This document shows positions 38,258-52,194 of a stretch of DNA of 64,000 nucleotides, in pieces. The stretch comes from Lytechinus pictus (Eukaryota). The stretch lies in NCBI RefSeq assembly GCF_037042905.1, contig NC_087252.1, forward strand, positions 21,082,001 through 21,146,000, in the 5' to 3' direction. Below the pieces are notes generated by a model. It did no database searches, had not been told where the DNA came from, and was given only the letters and a program-made list of their open reading frames with translations. The translations under genes and the position numbers were made by a program. Positions within the stretch are counted from its first letter, which is position 1. Every line of letters starts with the position of its first letter.

Positions 38258-39736
38258 CAGTAGTATCAGTAGTATCATTATTATTGTTAATAAATCAAAA
38301 CAAAACAAATCATTAAGGCTAAGGTTACCTCATCATTTCTCATATCAACCAATTCATCAAAATTTATTTTTCATTTCGATCAATAATTACGTGCTTCGGT
38401 TTTACTGAACAACACCATCCTAATCTAACAATAGGTATATACATGTTATACAAAAAGTGGCCTTCCAAAAGTTCACACTTCAATAGTGATAACATATGGC
38501 ACTGAGAAACTCAGCAAGGTAAATTGCTCATTATGACTAATATCACTGTAATATTATACTAACTGCAAAGTGGAATTAATCAATCAAACATATCATTTAA
38601 TTTTTTCAATCCACTTAGATAAATTTCCCATACATGTAGTCAACAGTCCTATAATGAAACACCCAAATAAGAATCTACATTTATTTCTAACAGATTGTTA
38701 CCAAACCTATTACATGTATGATTTATGTTTTAGCCCATCAGTTAGGACCTAAGCAAAAAAGTCCTCTGGTAGCCTACTAACAAGCATTCATGCTTCATTA
38801 GCAAACTTGTAAAATAACCATGACGACCACCATCACTTTCAACAATAGAAACCAATCTTAAAACTGCAGAGAATCCAAAAATGAGTCCTTACACAAAATG
38901 ACTTGTTTTCAATTCATAATAACATTAACAAATATGATACCATCAACAACTTGTGTAATAATATAGTGAAATGTATTATTATCAAGTGTTTGCCAATGAA
39001 ATATTTCAAAACTATATTAACATGTCAATATAAAATTCTGTCTGCCATAACTAATTCTGATGATCAATAATGTCATCAAATACAGAACGGGGACTCAGAT
39101 GATGGCTGAAGATAAATATTTCATTTTAATAACATCTTCAACGAACCCATGCAGCTTCAAATTTGTCGCAAAGCTTGCTAATCAGGCATAAATATTATGG
39201 GCCCTGCGTACACAGAATATGTTATTCTAATATTACGAAGATTGGTTTGGAGTTGTTTGTTCAATGTTTTACGCAGGGAAATAGAAAAGGTTGTAGGAAT
39301 AATACATGACCTTTGGGGGGGAACATAAGAAGCGTAATCAGATTATTGTCGTAGCGGCTGAGATGCGATACTGTCAATGGGCATACAGGAGGATTATTTT
39401 GATTGCAATATATCAGCAATTCAACATCCCATCTCTCTCCATCTTTCTCTTCCCCCATCTCCATCCTTATTTTTTTCTTACATTTCTTATATCTTGTGTG
39501 TGTGGTCCTCCCAATTTCTCTTTCAAACTCTTCTTCTTTTCCATGATCCTTAAATTTTGTCTCTTATCTATCTATCCATCCATCCATCCACCCACCCACC
39601 CATCCACCAATATAATGTATCTATCTATATATCTACCTACCTATCTATCTATCTGCCTATCTATCTATCTATCTGCCTATCTACCTACCTACCTACCTAC
39701 CAACATATCTATCTATCTATGTATCTATCTATCTAT

Positions 39737-40558
39737 GGGTGCGTTTATCCGCCACTTTTTTACCCTAGAATCATTATTTGAATCATGATTCAAATCATGA
39801 TTCTGCAGAATCACGATTGCGTTTAGTCGAAATTGAATATAATCATGATTAGAATCACAAACATGAAACACGAAAAAAGGGGCGTTTGGAAAGACGTTTC
39901 TGCAGAATCACATACGAAAATGTTCGAATAAACGATATCGTGATTACAATCATGATTATATGACCTCACTGTTGTGTCGGGCTACTTTCGGTTTGACTCT
40001 TGCCAAGCTCAAGGCGCTCTATATGCTCATTGTATGTACATGACTATGTACTATGAATTCATTTCTTGTCATGTTCAAGTTCTGTGTTGGTCATCGCATC
40101 GTCCACTACTTTTCATTTTTTGGTCATGTCTTCAACTTCAAGTTCTAATAAATGAATTAACTGGACAGACAATGATCTCAGTTGTTGTTGAGTATACAGT
40201 ATCAATATTAAATTGGATCTACGCTGAAATTCACTTCCGAACACCATTTTGGATAAACTAACAAGATGAATAGAAGCATATGGACCCTATATGATAGAAG
40301 TAAACAAAATGAGGTATAGACTGAATTCTGGAAGCAAAATTTTTTTCGAGAGCCGAAACACGTGCGAAAAACTTCCTCTGTCAAACTGCGCACTAGTGAT
40401 GCGCACTGGATTGGCCCGAATCTGAGGAGAAACAGCATTGGAATGAAGGTCGTCTAAACGCTGATTCTGTGATATTGTGATTCATGTTTGTGTTTTGAAT
40501 CATGATTCAAATCATGATTCAAATCATGATTCTGGCTTGAGGTCGCATAAACGCAGCC
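39737..40558. mobile_element. PIF/Harbinger-like non-autonomous element (3-bp TAT TSD) inserted in a (TATC/TACC)n microsatellite
   Basis: tat|GGGTGCGTTTAT ... ATAAACGCAGCC|tat with subterminal palindromic (G)AATCATGATTC repeats at both ends. The microsatellite continues on both sides (about 39560-40760). Confidence 0.85.
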
Positions 40559-41384
40559 TATGTATCTATCTACCTACCTACCTACATGTACCTACCTATC
40601 TATCTATCTATCATCTATTTATCTACATACCTACCTACTGTATCTATCTATCTTTCTATCTATATATCTATCTATTTAGATCTACCTACCTATCTACCTA
40701 TCTATCTATCTACCTATCTATCATCTATTTATCTACCTACCTATCTATCTATCTATCTATTCCAGCAACACAACCTGTTTGTTTCTATTTTATTGCTTGC
40801 TCCCCTATCCTCCCACACCCGTACAACCTTCGATGATATCTCTTTGGTCTTTCTCCAGCTATAGTTCCTTTCAATCCTTCTTTCATTTCACCATTCCTCT
40901 TTCATCTCAACAACCATCTTTCAATCCTCTTATAACCCAATATATAATGTCTTATCCATATTTCTCTTACCAATTTGTATAAATTTACACTCTTCTTTTC
41001 CTCTTGCAATGTCTGGTCATTCCTTTTTTTCTTGATTCCATTCATCTTTCTCACATCATCTGTTTGAATAGAGTTCTTTCTTTCTTCAACCAATCTCTAT
41101 TTTGCTCTCTTTTCATTTTCTTCTCTCCCCTACCCCCTCTCAATCCTCTATCTCGCCCCCCCCCTCTCTCACTCTCCCTCCCCCTCTCAATCTCTCTTTA
41201 AACATCGGTTTACCCTCCCCTCAATCGAAATGTTTTCCACATCATACCAATCATCATTTCCATGAGATCACCTTAGTATGCATCCTTATCTCAATTAATT
41301 CAAATTGCTTCCACAACTTGATGGAAAGGTCACAATTACGCCGTTAATAAATAGGATACTGTACTAATAAACACAATATACCAG

Positions 41385-41655
41385 GGCCCCGTCTTACATA
41401 GAGTTACGATCGATCCGATCAATCACAACTATGGACGGCCAGCAACATCAACATCTGAAACTGCAAATTTGTTCAAAATATTTTCGAGATATGATGTACA
41501 TTCATATACAATTATCGTTCTCTTGAAGATTCAGAGTGATTCTCTTTGTTTTAAAGAGATTGTGCAAATTCCTTGTGGAAAAAATTATGACACTGATGGA
41601 TTTCCATAGAGATATGATCGATTGGATTAATCGTAACTCTTTGTAAGACGGGGCC
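41385..41655. mobile_element. PIF/Harbinger-like MITE, same family as 12897, opposite orientation
   Basis: cag|GGCCCCGTCTTACATAGAGTTACGAT ... ATCGTAACTCTTTGTAAGACGGGGCC|cat. Confidence 0.8.
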
Positions 41656-42827
41656 CATAGCTCCTACACACAAATGACGTCAAATCTTGGACAAGAGCAT
41701 AAATGCAGCATCGATAATCAATTCCGTAGATTTAATTCCATGGCACACATTTCTCATTAAATCAAACAAATAAATTTCCTAAAATATCATAATACAATCC
41801 AAAAATAACGTGATGTTTTTTGCTTTGCATCCATTGACTGCAATTTTCAAATAAACATATCTGCATTCCGACGTACACAAGGTTCTTCAAAAGTCTACAA
41901 GAAAATTTCATGTTACGTGTTCAATATCTCATTCTCTTTCGAATTGATTTTTTTTGGGGGGTAGGGGGATGTTTTTTATTTCCAATCTTATATTTGATTT
42001 CATGGTGTTTGATATCATTGATGAATATATTCAAATACATTTTTGGTTTGTTTAAAAACAATATCTCATACCATCTTTTACATTTTGTGGTTTCATTTTG
42101 ATTTCACATTTTCACATTTTCACTCTTCCTACATGACCTAAGGGCCTCTGGATTCTTATATACTACATTAACAACTCTTCTGAGCATTTATCCGACACCT
42201 TTTCCATCAAAATTGCAGAATTCACTATTTAAAAATAAATCAACCACCTATCAACCTTTTAAAAGGTTTTATGTTCTATGAACAACAACGAGGAAAAAGG
42301 ATTTGTGCTCAAAATGCCCCCAAATACATATTTACATATCGTTTCAATCAGGGTTTGGAATCAGCCGCAAAAGGGCGTTTAATTCTAAGGGAAAGGTTAA
42401 GAGTAATGCCCTTCTGGCGCCAAACTGATGGAAGCATTTGATGAGTTACTTGCCAACTTGGAGCACTTTGAATGATAAGAGCCGGAAGTCTTGACTCCGA
42501 CAATGACGTTCAAACTTGAGGGCATTTTTTTGTTACAGTGTCAAGTTGAGATTCATACACGAGTATGTGTACATGTAATTCCCTATGGACATGTTGGCAA
42601 TATAGGTGCATATGTATGACCTATTCAATGTTAATTTGAAGAACGATGTTTCATGTCGGAGGATATCCAAGAGAATATTGAAATATATGCAGGCTCTCCT
42701 GTTCTTTTTCAAATGTGACTTTCAAGTTCGGAATCAAACTTACAACTTGAATGATCGAATCAACGAATCCATTACTTCTATTTTGTATTTCACAACTGGT
42801 TTTATCCATGTTGTAAAAGAAGTACAT

Positions 42828-43033
42828 GTAATAATAGCCAATTTTTATATAGCACTTTTCCCAGAATGGCTCAAAGCGCTTTACAGCATATTATTACCCC
42901 GGTCATTGGACTCATTTCAATCCCGCACGAAAAGTGCACAATTTCCATTCCCTGGGGAGCATTCCTTGCATTCATCGCAGCCTCATTATGGCGCTGGCAA
43001 ATTCAAACATACAATATCTTTCGCATCCTACCG
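42828..43033 (-). mobile_element. SINE 3' half
   Basis: The reverse complement contains CCGGTAGGATG, GGAATGCTCCCCAGG, ATGACCGGGGTAATAAT, TGTAAAGCGCTTTGAG and a TATTATTA tail. Confidence 0.75.
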
Positions 43034-43279
43034 GATAACTCTGGAGGGAAAAAATTACACAGAATTACGCGAAATGCTGAAAAGAACCCTGGGAAATCCC
43101 CATTCACGGCAATGTAAAAGCTTATCCAATGTTTCAGATAATAGACAGTAGGTTGTAAAAGAAGCCCCTGCAAATAAGATTTTTGTTTTGCCTGTAACTT
43201 TGTGTGAATGTTACACATACCTGTACTATATGTACATGTATTTATTCATGCAGGTTCTCGCATTTAATTCCATATAACC

Positions 43280-43508
43280 AATTCAATATTGATCTACACT
43301 TTAGATGACCGCTCACGATGGCGTTCTCCTGCATTCGTTTAAACTGATATTTTCTTTTAATTCAATATTGCATCTTGTTGATATTTATTTTTCATTGCTT
43401 TATTATGACTATTGCTTTATTGTTTTGTAAAACTTAAATGTATCACCTAGATGTTATGTTGCATATTTATTTTGAATGCAGAAATAAAATAAAATCAATC
43501 AATCAATC
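43280..43508 (+). mobile_element. Probable 3' end of a non-LTR retroelement with an (AATC)n tail, interrupting a loose tandem repeat of roughly 80 bp
   Basis: A T-rich UTR-like tract ends in AATAAAATAAAATCAATCAATCAATC. TTGTGTGAA...TGCAGGT units lie near 43200, 43510, 43597 and 43672. Confidence 0.45.
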
Positions 43509-44134
43509 TTTGTGTGAACACAATCTATACATGTATGCAGGTTTCACTATCTCATTGCTCTTTGTAGAACACCATTGAAACGTAGTTTATATAACCTTGT
43601 GTGAACAATCTTTGCAGGTGGCACATCTCATTCCTTGATGAAAACATCTTTAAAAAACATAACAAACAAGCTTGTGTGAACGCTCTGCTTATCTATGCAG
43701 GTTTCACCATCTCATTTTTAGTGTGGGTTCAGGTTCGGAAACAAACTCTGATGAGGATTGCGTATCACAAATCCCACTTGATCCCAGCCTGCGCCGAGAT
43801 TTGCATACAGTGGGTGACTGCGAAGAGAACAGCACCTCGGGCGGATAATGTTTCAATTTATACAGTGCAACATTTCACATACGCAAAATGTCAAGGATCA
43901 GTTCGCAAAATGGTTGGTTCGTTCAGGATAATGTGGCCGATTCTGAGGGTTTGGAAAGGGTGCTATCGGAGAGAGATGTTGGAAATGGAATATTTGGACG
44001 CCCACAGGAGCAGAGAGGAGGAAAGCGGGGAGTCTGGCAGTTAGGCAGTGGCAATAGAATTTATAACAATTGATTTAATGACTGTTTTTTGTCCAGATAT
44101 TTATGTACACGTAGTTCTGTTCATACAGTGTGAT

Positions 44135-44525
44135 CAAGCGCATATATGGAAAGGGGGAGGGGGCCTTTTTATTTTGTTTTGTTTTATTCTGTTTTTGCTT
44201 CACCCTTTGGGAACCCCTACCCATGAAGCAAAAAAAAAAATTGTCAGGAAAAAAACGGTGACTAAGGGGTGTTACAAGAAAATATTTGCTTTCACTTGCA
44301 AATATTCTGTCGCAATTCTACAACTGTTAGATCAACTTTAGCTGTAGCAAATCAGATAAACCTTCTTGTTTCAAGGAGCAGATTAGTGCAATCAATCACT
44401 AATTTGAAATTAATTGCAAGACATATCAATAGGGACCAAAGAAAAAGAGTTTTCAATTGATCCCAAGTTTTTGCAACACCCGATAGTCCCCTCCACACCT
44501 TTGAGAACACCTGCGTATGCACCTA
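44135..44525. mobile_element. Old hAT-like MITE containing a nested GGGGTGTTGCAAGAAA element (44266-44481)
   Basis: Outer ends CAAGCGCATA / TATGCACCTA with near-identical 8-bp flanks AGTGTGAT / AATGTGAT. The inner element matches 48927-49142. Confidence 0.55.
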
Positions 44526-44714
44526 AATGTGATCTTCTTGATTTTCTCGTCTGTAAGCCATAGACTACCATCTTTTTACCTTCTAGCTGTTGATTATTTC
44601 AGTCTGGTGCCCACTTTCACTCAGTAAAGGTGCTCCACTCACCTGTATGTAAGTATCGTATCGGGAGGAGGCCCTCAAGAGGTTATACATACACTGCATT
44701 ACATTGCAGCTTCA

Positions 44715-45565
44715 CCATGTGCTCATGTAGGGCGGTGGTTAAACAACACATAAAGAAGGAACATTATTTCTCAAACACACCTTCATAAGAGTAATACAGA
44801 GTGATAAGAAAACACCACTGTACTGCATGCTCATGTGCATAGGACTATCAAATACAACACATAAGAAAGGAACACTATTTCTCAAACACATCTTCATAAG
44901 AGTAATGTACCGAGTGATAAGAAAACCCCACTGTACCACATGCTCATGTACATAGGAATATCACTAACCCAGAGAGCTCCCGCCCGCAGCGGGCGGGAGC
45001 CCAGAAGCTTACCGTGTATTTGACCATATTCACCGGACTAGGGTGATTTATGGTCTAAATATTTCTCCAAATGAATTGTGAAAACAGAAAGTATACAATT
45101 ACCACGATTATATGGATGAAGGTCTAACGAGTGGCAGTTTCCTGACATCTGGGCACAGACTGGAACCTCAAAAAATGAAAAGTTCTCTCCTCTACCCCAG
45201 TCTCGATCGGCCATTTTGTTACGATTTTTAACAAAAATGGCCGATCGAAACGGGGGTAGAAGGAGAGAACTTTTCGTTTTTTTGAGGTTCCAGTCTGTGC
45301 CCAGATGTCAGGAAACTGCCACTCGTTAGACCTTCATCCATATAATCGTGGTAATTGTATACTTTCTGTTTTCACAATTCATTTGGAGAAATATTTAGAC
45401 CATAAATCATCCTAGTCCGGTGAATATGGTCAAATACACGGTAAGCTTCTGGGCTCCCGCCCGCGCAGCGGGCGGGAGCTCTCTGGGTTAGAATATCACA
45501 AGACAACACATAAGAGAAAAACACTATTTATCACACACACACCTACATAAGAGTAATGTACAGAG
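44715..45565. repeat. Minisatellite of about 115 bp (3 units), third unit interrupted by the 44965 foldback
   Basis: ACAACACATAA...CATAAGAGTAAT recurs near 44742, 44854 and 45503. Confidence 0.85.
44965..45490. mobile_element. 526-bp near-perfect foldback element with 9-bp TSD (MULE- or Academ-like)
   Basis: GAATATCAC|TAACCCAGAGAGCTCCCGCC ... GGCGGGAGCTCTCTGGGTTA|GAATATCAC. The inverted arms are over 250 bp around a loop of a few bases. Confidence 0.93.
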
Positions 45566-47157
45566 CTAACATAAGGATATTACATTGGAATCATCTGCAA
45601 ACTTGTGTGCACACACACATAATTCCAGTGTATAAGACATGAACTATTGATACACACACCCTAAATACATAACATAATCAAAGGAAATATAAAAGCAATA
45701 GCTTGTACTCAAATCATACACAGCCACATAAGAATGACAATATATTAATACCACATACGTCCTTAATAATAAATAAAATTTAATAATGTTAAATCAGTAT
45801 AAATAAGGAAAATACACTGTATATGTGTATGTTTTTCCTGTGATATGAAAGAATAATCAGAAGTTTGTGTTCACATGTCACTGTGCAATGTTGTCAAAAT
45901 GATAGTCTGTTTGCTATTCACGCTATCAGCGTTAGATGTGAACACCCCCAATAGGCTATAGTGTAAATCCTATGTGGAAAAAAATCCAATGTGAAACAAT
46001 CTATCCACACTGCATTCACACATCAAACCACCAGTATGTACATGTACATGTAATGCCATGATCTCACAAACAAAAATCCTCATAAAACACTCCCCACTCC
46101 CCAGTGAAAATAATATGAACCCAAGTTAATGTCCTTCTTGCTGGCAATAAACACTGATCATCCATAAGCACAAATACACTGCCTTCCTACAAAAGGGTCC
46201 TTATTGCTATTTTCATCCAGTATTAAGAACCTTCTTCCAGTAAGGATACCGAATAAAGAATTACCTTATTCATGAATTAAGCTTATTTGTTATTACATAT
46301 TCCCAAGGGAACATTGTTTGCCGAGGACATGTGTTCAGCTAATTAACTTCACACCTTGTTTATGTATACTTGTAATACATGGACATGTTAATAAAAACTC
46401 TCAATTTACCCAGACATTGTCAGCACACAATCAATATCTTAATTACTCTCACTTCCAATTACATAACATTCCATTAGGTGTGGAAGGGAAGGACTCTTTT
46501 GCGTGCGGGGATAATTGGAGGTTATTCATTATAAAACAAATAAAAATACAAGTATATTGAAGTTCATCCAATCAGAAATGTCTGATTTTTATAAAGAGTA
46601 TTCTGTACATTGGACATTATCATAAAAAAGATCTTATATATGAAAATTAAATAAAATTCTGAGAAAATGAAATTTAAGCATACAAGTTCTTACAGTAAAG
46701 GAAAACTGGCACATGTGAGCATTTTTGTGTTTGATTGTGTAGAAAAACTTAACTTTGTCCTTAATAGAAATAATCTAAGTTTCAACTTTAAGAAGTACAT
46801 GTATGTTAATTTCTACCACAGAAGAAGAATATATTGCTATTTGGAATGAACTTTCTGTCCATCAAAGAAAATGGAATTTAGTTCTACCATTAAATTCAAA
46901 TTACATGTATTGCTGGATTTATTGGGGATTTTGTACTTATTTTGAGTACTTACTTTATATTTTTCTGCTATGTACACACTGGACACATACTTTCATGTAG
47001 TATGCATTTCTGTTGAAAAAAAGTACGACTGTGATGTATCTTCACACTAAAATGTATTTATGAGTTTGATGAAAGTATCAATTATCAAAAATATCAATGA
47101 AATTTAAAGCAAATAAATAAATAACTTAATATTTAGTGTATACAGGTTTCGTATTAA

Positions 47158-47751
47158 AGGGGAATCCAACCCAAATAAAAAATTGTTTTTATAAGAAAAA
47201 GAAAAATCAGACAAGTTGATAGGTGAAAGTTTGAACAATATTGGACAAACAACAAGAAAGTTATGAATTTGTAAAAGTTGTAAATATTGGTAATCACTTT
47301 ACCCATGGAGACTTCAAATTGGCCGCATATGGGATGTCATAGTGATGTAAGGCAAGGACTGCTCTTCCATGTACTCCAATACATATTATGGCTAAAATGT
47401 CATTTTTCCCAAAAGTTTTATTTCAAATTATATTTTTCTTTCATGAGGACATAAAACAATATACTACCTGGGTTATATTTAGATTACTGCCCCAGGGGAA
47501 TGGGTACTTAGGAGAAAACCACAAATCCCTGATAATAAAGTACATGGCCTATGGGAAAGTTGTCCTTGCCCCTTGTCATAATTTACCTACCCAGTTGCCA
47601 ATTTGAAATCTACATACCATTAGTGATCTCAATTTTAAAGCAGCTATAACTTTCCTATTGCTTGTCCGATTTATTTCAAACTTTCACCATTCTGTTTAAA
47701 TTATTTTTTTCCTCCCAACACAACATTTTATGGCCAAGGCTGGATTCCCCT
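47158..47751. mobile_element. TTAA-TSD Kolobok-like MITE
   Basis: ttaa|AGGGGAATCCAACC ... GGCTGGATTCCCCT|ttaa with imperfect arms. Confidence 0.88.
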
Positions 47752-48926
47752 TTAAGGTAGAAATATAATGAGGTTAAAAAAACCAATAGAACCAAAACAG
47801 ACAATGGACGCTTAACAATGAGCTGTGATTGGCAAATGAATAATTGCTAGTGAAATAAGAGGATAGCCCAGCCCCCCCCCCCCCCCCCACAAAAAAAATG
47901 CTTCTCTTCTTGCCGAAGATATTGCTTTTCCTCTGAACATATATCCTATTACCATTCCCTCATCTGTGTAGTTTGGACTTCAATGGCCTTCTGGTGGCCG
48001 TATGGTGGCTTTATGCCAGGAAAAACAACAACTGAATATCGAATAACAAGATACATGTAAATCCCTCAGTAATGGTTTAGAAAAAATATTTTTGATCTAC
48101 CTATCTGGCTTAAATTATAAATTGGGAAGCCTTCGGTAGAAAGGAAATAAAGTAAACTCTTTCATGTTTGCAACAAGGTATTATTCCCTTTACTTGAAAA
48201 AATTAGTGATGCATTTGTTTGCACAGTAATATCAAATTTGCCTGCAAGGTATATTTGATATTACTGGTTTTGTTGCAAACGTTGATTTTCACTGCATGAC
48301 ATTTGATGAGAAATTGAGATATTCTTCCCCCATTTTTACTGCAATAAATCAGACTGTTCAATACCAACAGAAGCACTGGATATGTCCATTTGTTTGTACA
48401 TGATTTCTTCGTTTGTCATTCTTTCTCTTTTAAAGACCCCAATTTTCCCTTTTCTAAAATGCCATTTCTGTGTTCTTCAGCATTTTAAACAGGGACAAAA
48501 CATATGATATTAAAGCAAGTGTAAATAGTGAAAATCTTAGAATAAAAATAAGTTATGTTACAATACATGCTTAACACAGAGAACGGGTATGATGGGCGGC
48601 AGATTTTGTACTTAGATGTAAATGTACATTTTTGCCTTTAATATTGAGAATTGCATTGATTTTCACAGATTTTCACTGTATTTTTCCTATTTTGCACCTT
48701 TTTTGCCTGAAAATTGTGTTTTCTGTGAAATTCTGTGTTCTTCTTAATCCTGTGAGTTTTTTTTTTCAGTTTTCCATATCACAAACAAACTTGGGAATCT
48801 GGTCCAGGGGAAAAAAAAAGGGGGGGGGGGGGGCTTTGGGCAATTTTGCCCCTATATTAATGCTAAAAAAACCCTGGATAATTCATCTTCATTGCAATGT
48901 TAACTTTATCCAATGCTGCAGATTTA

Positions 48927-49142
48927 GGGGGTGTTGCAAGAAAGTATTTGCAATCAATTGCAAATATTCTGTTGCAATTTTACAACTGAAAGATTGATTT
49001 TAGTTCTAGCATATCAGATTACACTCCTTGTTTCAAAAAGCAGATAAGCAATCAATCTTTAATTTGTAATTTGAAAGACATGTGATTGATTTAGGGATGA
49101 AAAATAGACTTGCCATTGATCTCAAGTTTCTTGCAACACCCC
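48927..49142. mobile_element. Harbinger-like MITE, TIR GGGGTGTTGCAAGAAA
   Basis: GGGGTGTTGCAAGAAA ... TTTCTTGCAACACCCC; interior colinear with 44266-44481. Confidence 0.8.
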
Positions 49143-50391
49143 ATTAAGCAGTAAGTTGTGAAAAGTAGCCCCTGGAAAAAATCAATAATGATAATTTTTT
49201 GCCTGGTCAAGTCTGTTCTATCACCCATACATTAGTTGTTATACAAGTACAGAGAATTCTAGGGGTGTCTATCTCTGTTGTGTCTATGCATCTGTCTGAT
49301 AACTCTGATTGTGTTTGTCTTTCATTATGATGGTGTCCAATTTCATCCGCCCGAATTGGAATGAGCTTTTACTTCTAAGCCTCTATCATTTCCAAAGCCT
49401 CTTTTCTTTTCAATCCCTTCTCAGCCGCTACCGAAATGAAATTAATAACCGGTTTGAGGTGTAATTAACTTGGGCGTTGGGGACTTCTAATGCCCCAGTG
49501 GCGTCCTAAGATCAGTGTTTAGTTCTTTATGACGTCTTTGTGTGGACTGGGAAATAGTGATATGAAAAGGCCATCATATAAACAGGAAAAGGGAGAGATA
49601 GGTAAAGAGAGGGAGAGAGAGGCAGACACAAGAAGATGGAGCAATTGAGAGGAAAATAAAAGGAGAAAGAGAAAAGAACAAATAGGCAGATGGAAATAAT
49701 GAGTCTAGACGAATATCACCACAATGTCCATTTCCTTTTATATGGCAACTGCTGCACCTGAAAACGTGTAAATAATGCTGAATGATTTTATTCAAACCTC
49801 GGAAATATCTGAAAGCCAAAATACTGGCTCGGGAAAGACAGTTTCTTCAATAAATTTCGAGCATGTACATGTAAAGACACAATGCTACTTTTACTTATGT
49901 GCTCAAAGCTATGGTATTTCACTTTTAGCAGTGAGCTAAAAGCTGGTGAGAGTGAATAAAACAGATTTGGATATCATCATCCTCATAAGCGTCCCTCAAA
50001 TCGGGCATAAATTAGATTTCCCATCAACATCTACGAGAGTCATCAAAATTTGGTTAACGAAAAATATTCATCCCCTTTTTTGTAACTAAGGCCTCTCATG
50101 ACTCACGCAATTGCCTCATACATTCATGCAATTTTTAATCAAGCTGGACTCTTGCATGAACGCAGGGCCACGGTATTATACAGTAGTATAAAAGAGCAAA
50201 TTACCATTCCATGTACACGTATAGAAGGTGTATCATTTGAAGTAATTTCTTACATATACTTTGATTTTAGTCAAGCAATTTATGTTTTTCCAAGGGGAAA
50301 ATACAAGATGCATTACAAAATACATAGGTAAAGAAGCTATATGATGATATATGAATGTATTTGTATGTTTATGAATTGAATATTTGGTAAA

Positions 50392-50579
50392 TCTTTAGCA
50401 ATGTATCAACTCATGTAACATTTTACATGAGTGATACATTTAGCAGTGTATCAACTCATGTAACATTTTACACGAGTGATACATTTAGCAATGTATCAAC
50501 TCATGTAACATTTTACATGAGTGATACATTAAGCAGTGTATCAACTCATGTAATATTATGAATGATACATTGCTAAAGA
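50392..50579. repeat. Four tandem 45-bp palindromic units
   Basis: Unit TTTAGCAATGTATCAACTCATGTAACATTTTACATGAGTGATACA starts at 50394, 50439, 50484 and 50529. Confidence 0.92.
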
Positions 50580-50964
50580 AGTAAATGTAGTTGTCTATGA
50601 TCTGTACATGCGGACATTCACTTATCTTCCCTTCATTTCAATTATTTTCTTTATACATGTATATATCTCTCTCTCCCCTATCCCTCTATCTCTTGCGTTC
50701 TCTATATCTTTGTCTCTCTCCCCCTCTTTCTCTGTTTCTTCGTGTTTAAACTTCTTGCAGATATAAAATATACCAATGGTAATCACAGCACAGCACCAAT
50801 AGAGATCAATAAAGAATGGAGCAGAATTATTTTTGTTGAAGGGTAAAAAAGGCAAAGAAGAAAAAAAACATGGTGATTGGTGAGCAGATAAAACAAATCA
50901 TGACCATCAGCTCCTAACAGGTGGCATGATACGCATGAAAAGAATGGGTTTGGAGTCATTCCTG

Positions 50965-51440
50965 CATTTAAACATCAACAGTAGATATGAATACCAATTT
51001 TGTTGTTACCTACATGTAAACTGTCCCTTCACATAAGGCAAATTTATGTCGCTATGCATACATATCCCCATTCAAAATGGAGGCATTCCTATAAGCATCA
51101 AAAGTAGATATGAATATACTGATTTCTTGTTTTTTCTAAACTATCCCCCCAAAATAAGGCAAATTTATGTAGCTATAAAGCATACCCCTTTCAGAATGGA
51201 GACATTCCTAAAGATAGGCCTAAGCATCAAAAGTAGACATGAATATACATATTTTTTGTCAGTCTAAACTGTCCCCCAAAATAAGGCAGATTCATGTAGC
51301 TAAGCATACACCCTTTCTAAATGGAGACATTCCAAAAGCATCAAAAGTAGATTTAAATATACCAAATTCTTGTCAATCTAAACTGTCCCCCCAAATAACA
51401 CAGATTTATGTAGCTAAAGCGCACACCCCTCTCAGACATT
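50965..51440. repeat. Diverged minisatellite of about 120 bp (4 units)
   Basis: CATCAA(A/C)AGTAGA...TAAACT(G/A)TCCC...TTATGTAGCTA recurs near 50973, 51095, 51224 and 51339. Confidence 0.85.
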
Positions 51441-52194
51441 ATGAAGATAATCACCAATTGTGATGAATAGCACTATCAATCACCAGAGGTTATAGGTCAC
51501 ACAACTGAATGCTATTTCTTCTAATATCCCTTTGCTGCCGTGGACTGCCATCTACACTTCATACTAGAACTACAAACTGGTACAAGTTACCAACCAAAAT
51601 GTAATACTCCCCCCCCCCCCCCAACATATACAACCCACAATATGTCTCCAATGGGAATTTATAAAAGGGAATACAATTTAATTTGATGTACATGTATAAG
51701 AGTGCACATAATAATAAATATTACACACCAACTCAAGGTTATAAACAAGTGATTCATCAAATTTGATCATCAAGTTTGCTCATCAACTTTGCTCATCAAT
51801 TCAACGGGAAATGAAAAATACAAAATGACTATGACACTGAGTAAGCATTGCAATGCCCAAGAGCGAATCCATTATGAATTACACTGAAATGTAAAACGGC
51901 TATGAGGAATGGTGGAGAGTCGTGGTGGTATGATGACACATCGTGACTCGAGAACTGGTCTACTGGATGTGCTCGTCGAAGGAGAAGGTGATGAGGGGGA
52001 CGATGGGGGAAGAGAGGGTGTTTGGAGATGGAGGCCGTGTTGGGATGGACATCGTTCATTCTTGTTTCCGGGAGACGGGAAGTGAATGCTTGAGGAGTGA
52101 TGTGATGTGATGGGGTGGCTGGGATGCCGTGTGTCGTTTGGGATGATGAAGGTGGAGTGATATGAAGGGTCGGTTCAGCTTTGATCAAGGAGTG

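Noticed and set aside
42606..44073. 181-aa and 147-aa ORFs
   Set aside because: They span a SINE fragment and tandem repeats and show no recognisable protein features.
50392..50579. CRISPR-like palindromic repeats (also considered 54788-55330 and 58255-58545)
   Set aside because: There are no unique spacers and no cas genes, and the context is a eukaryotic intron.
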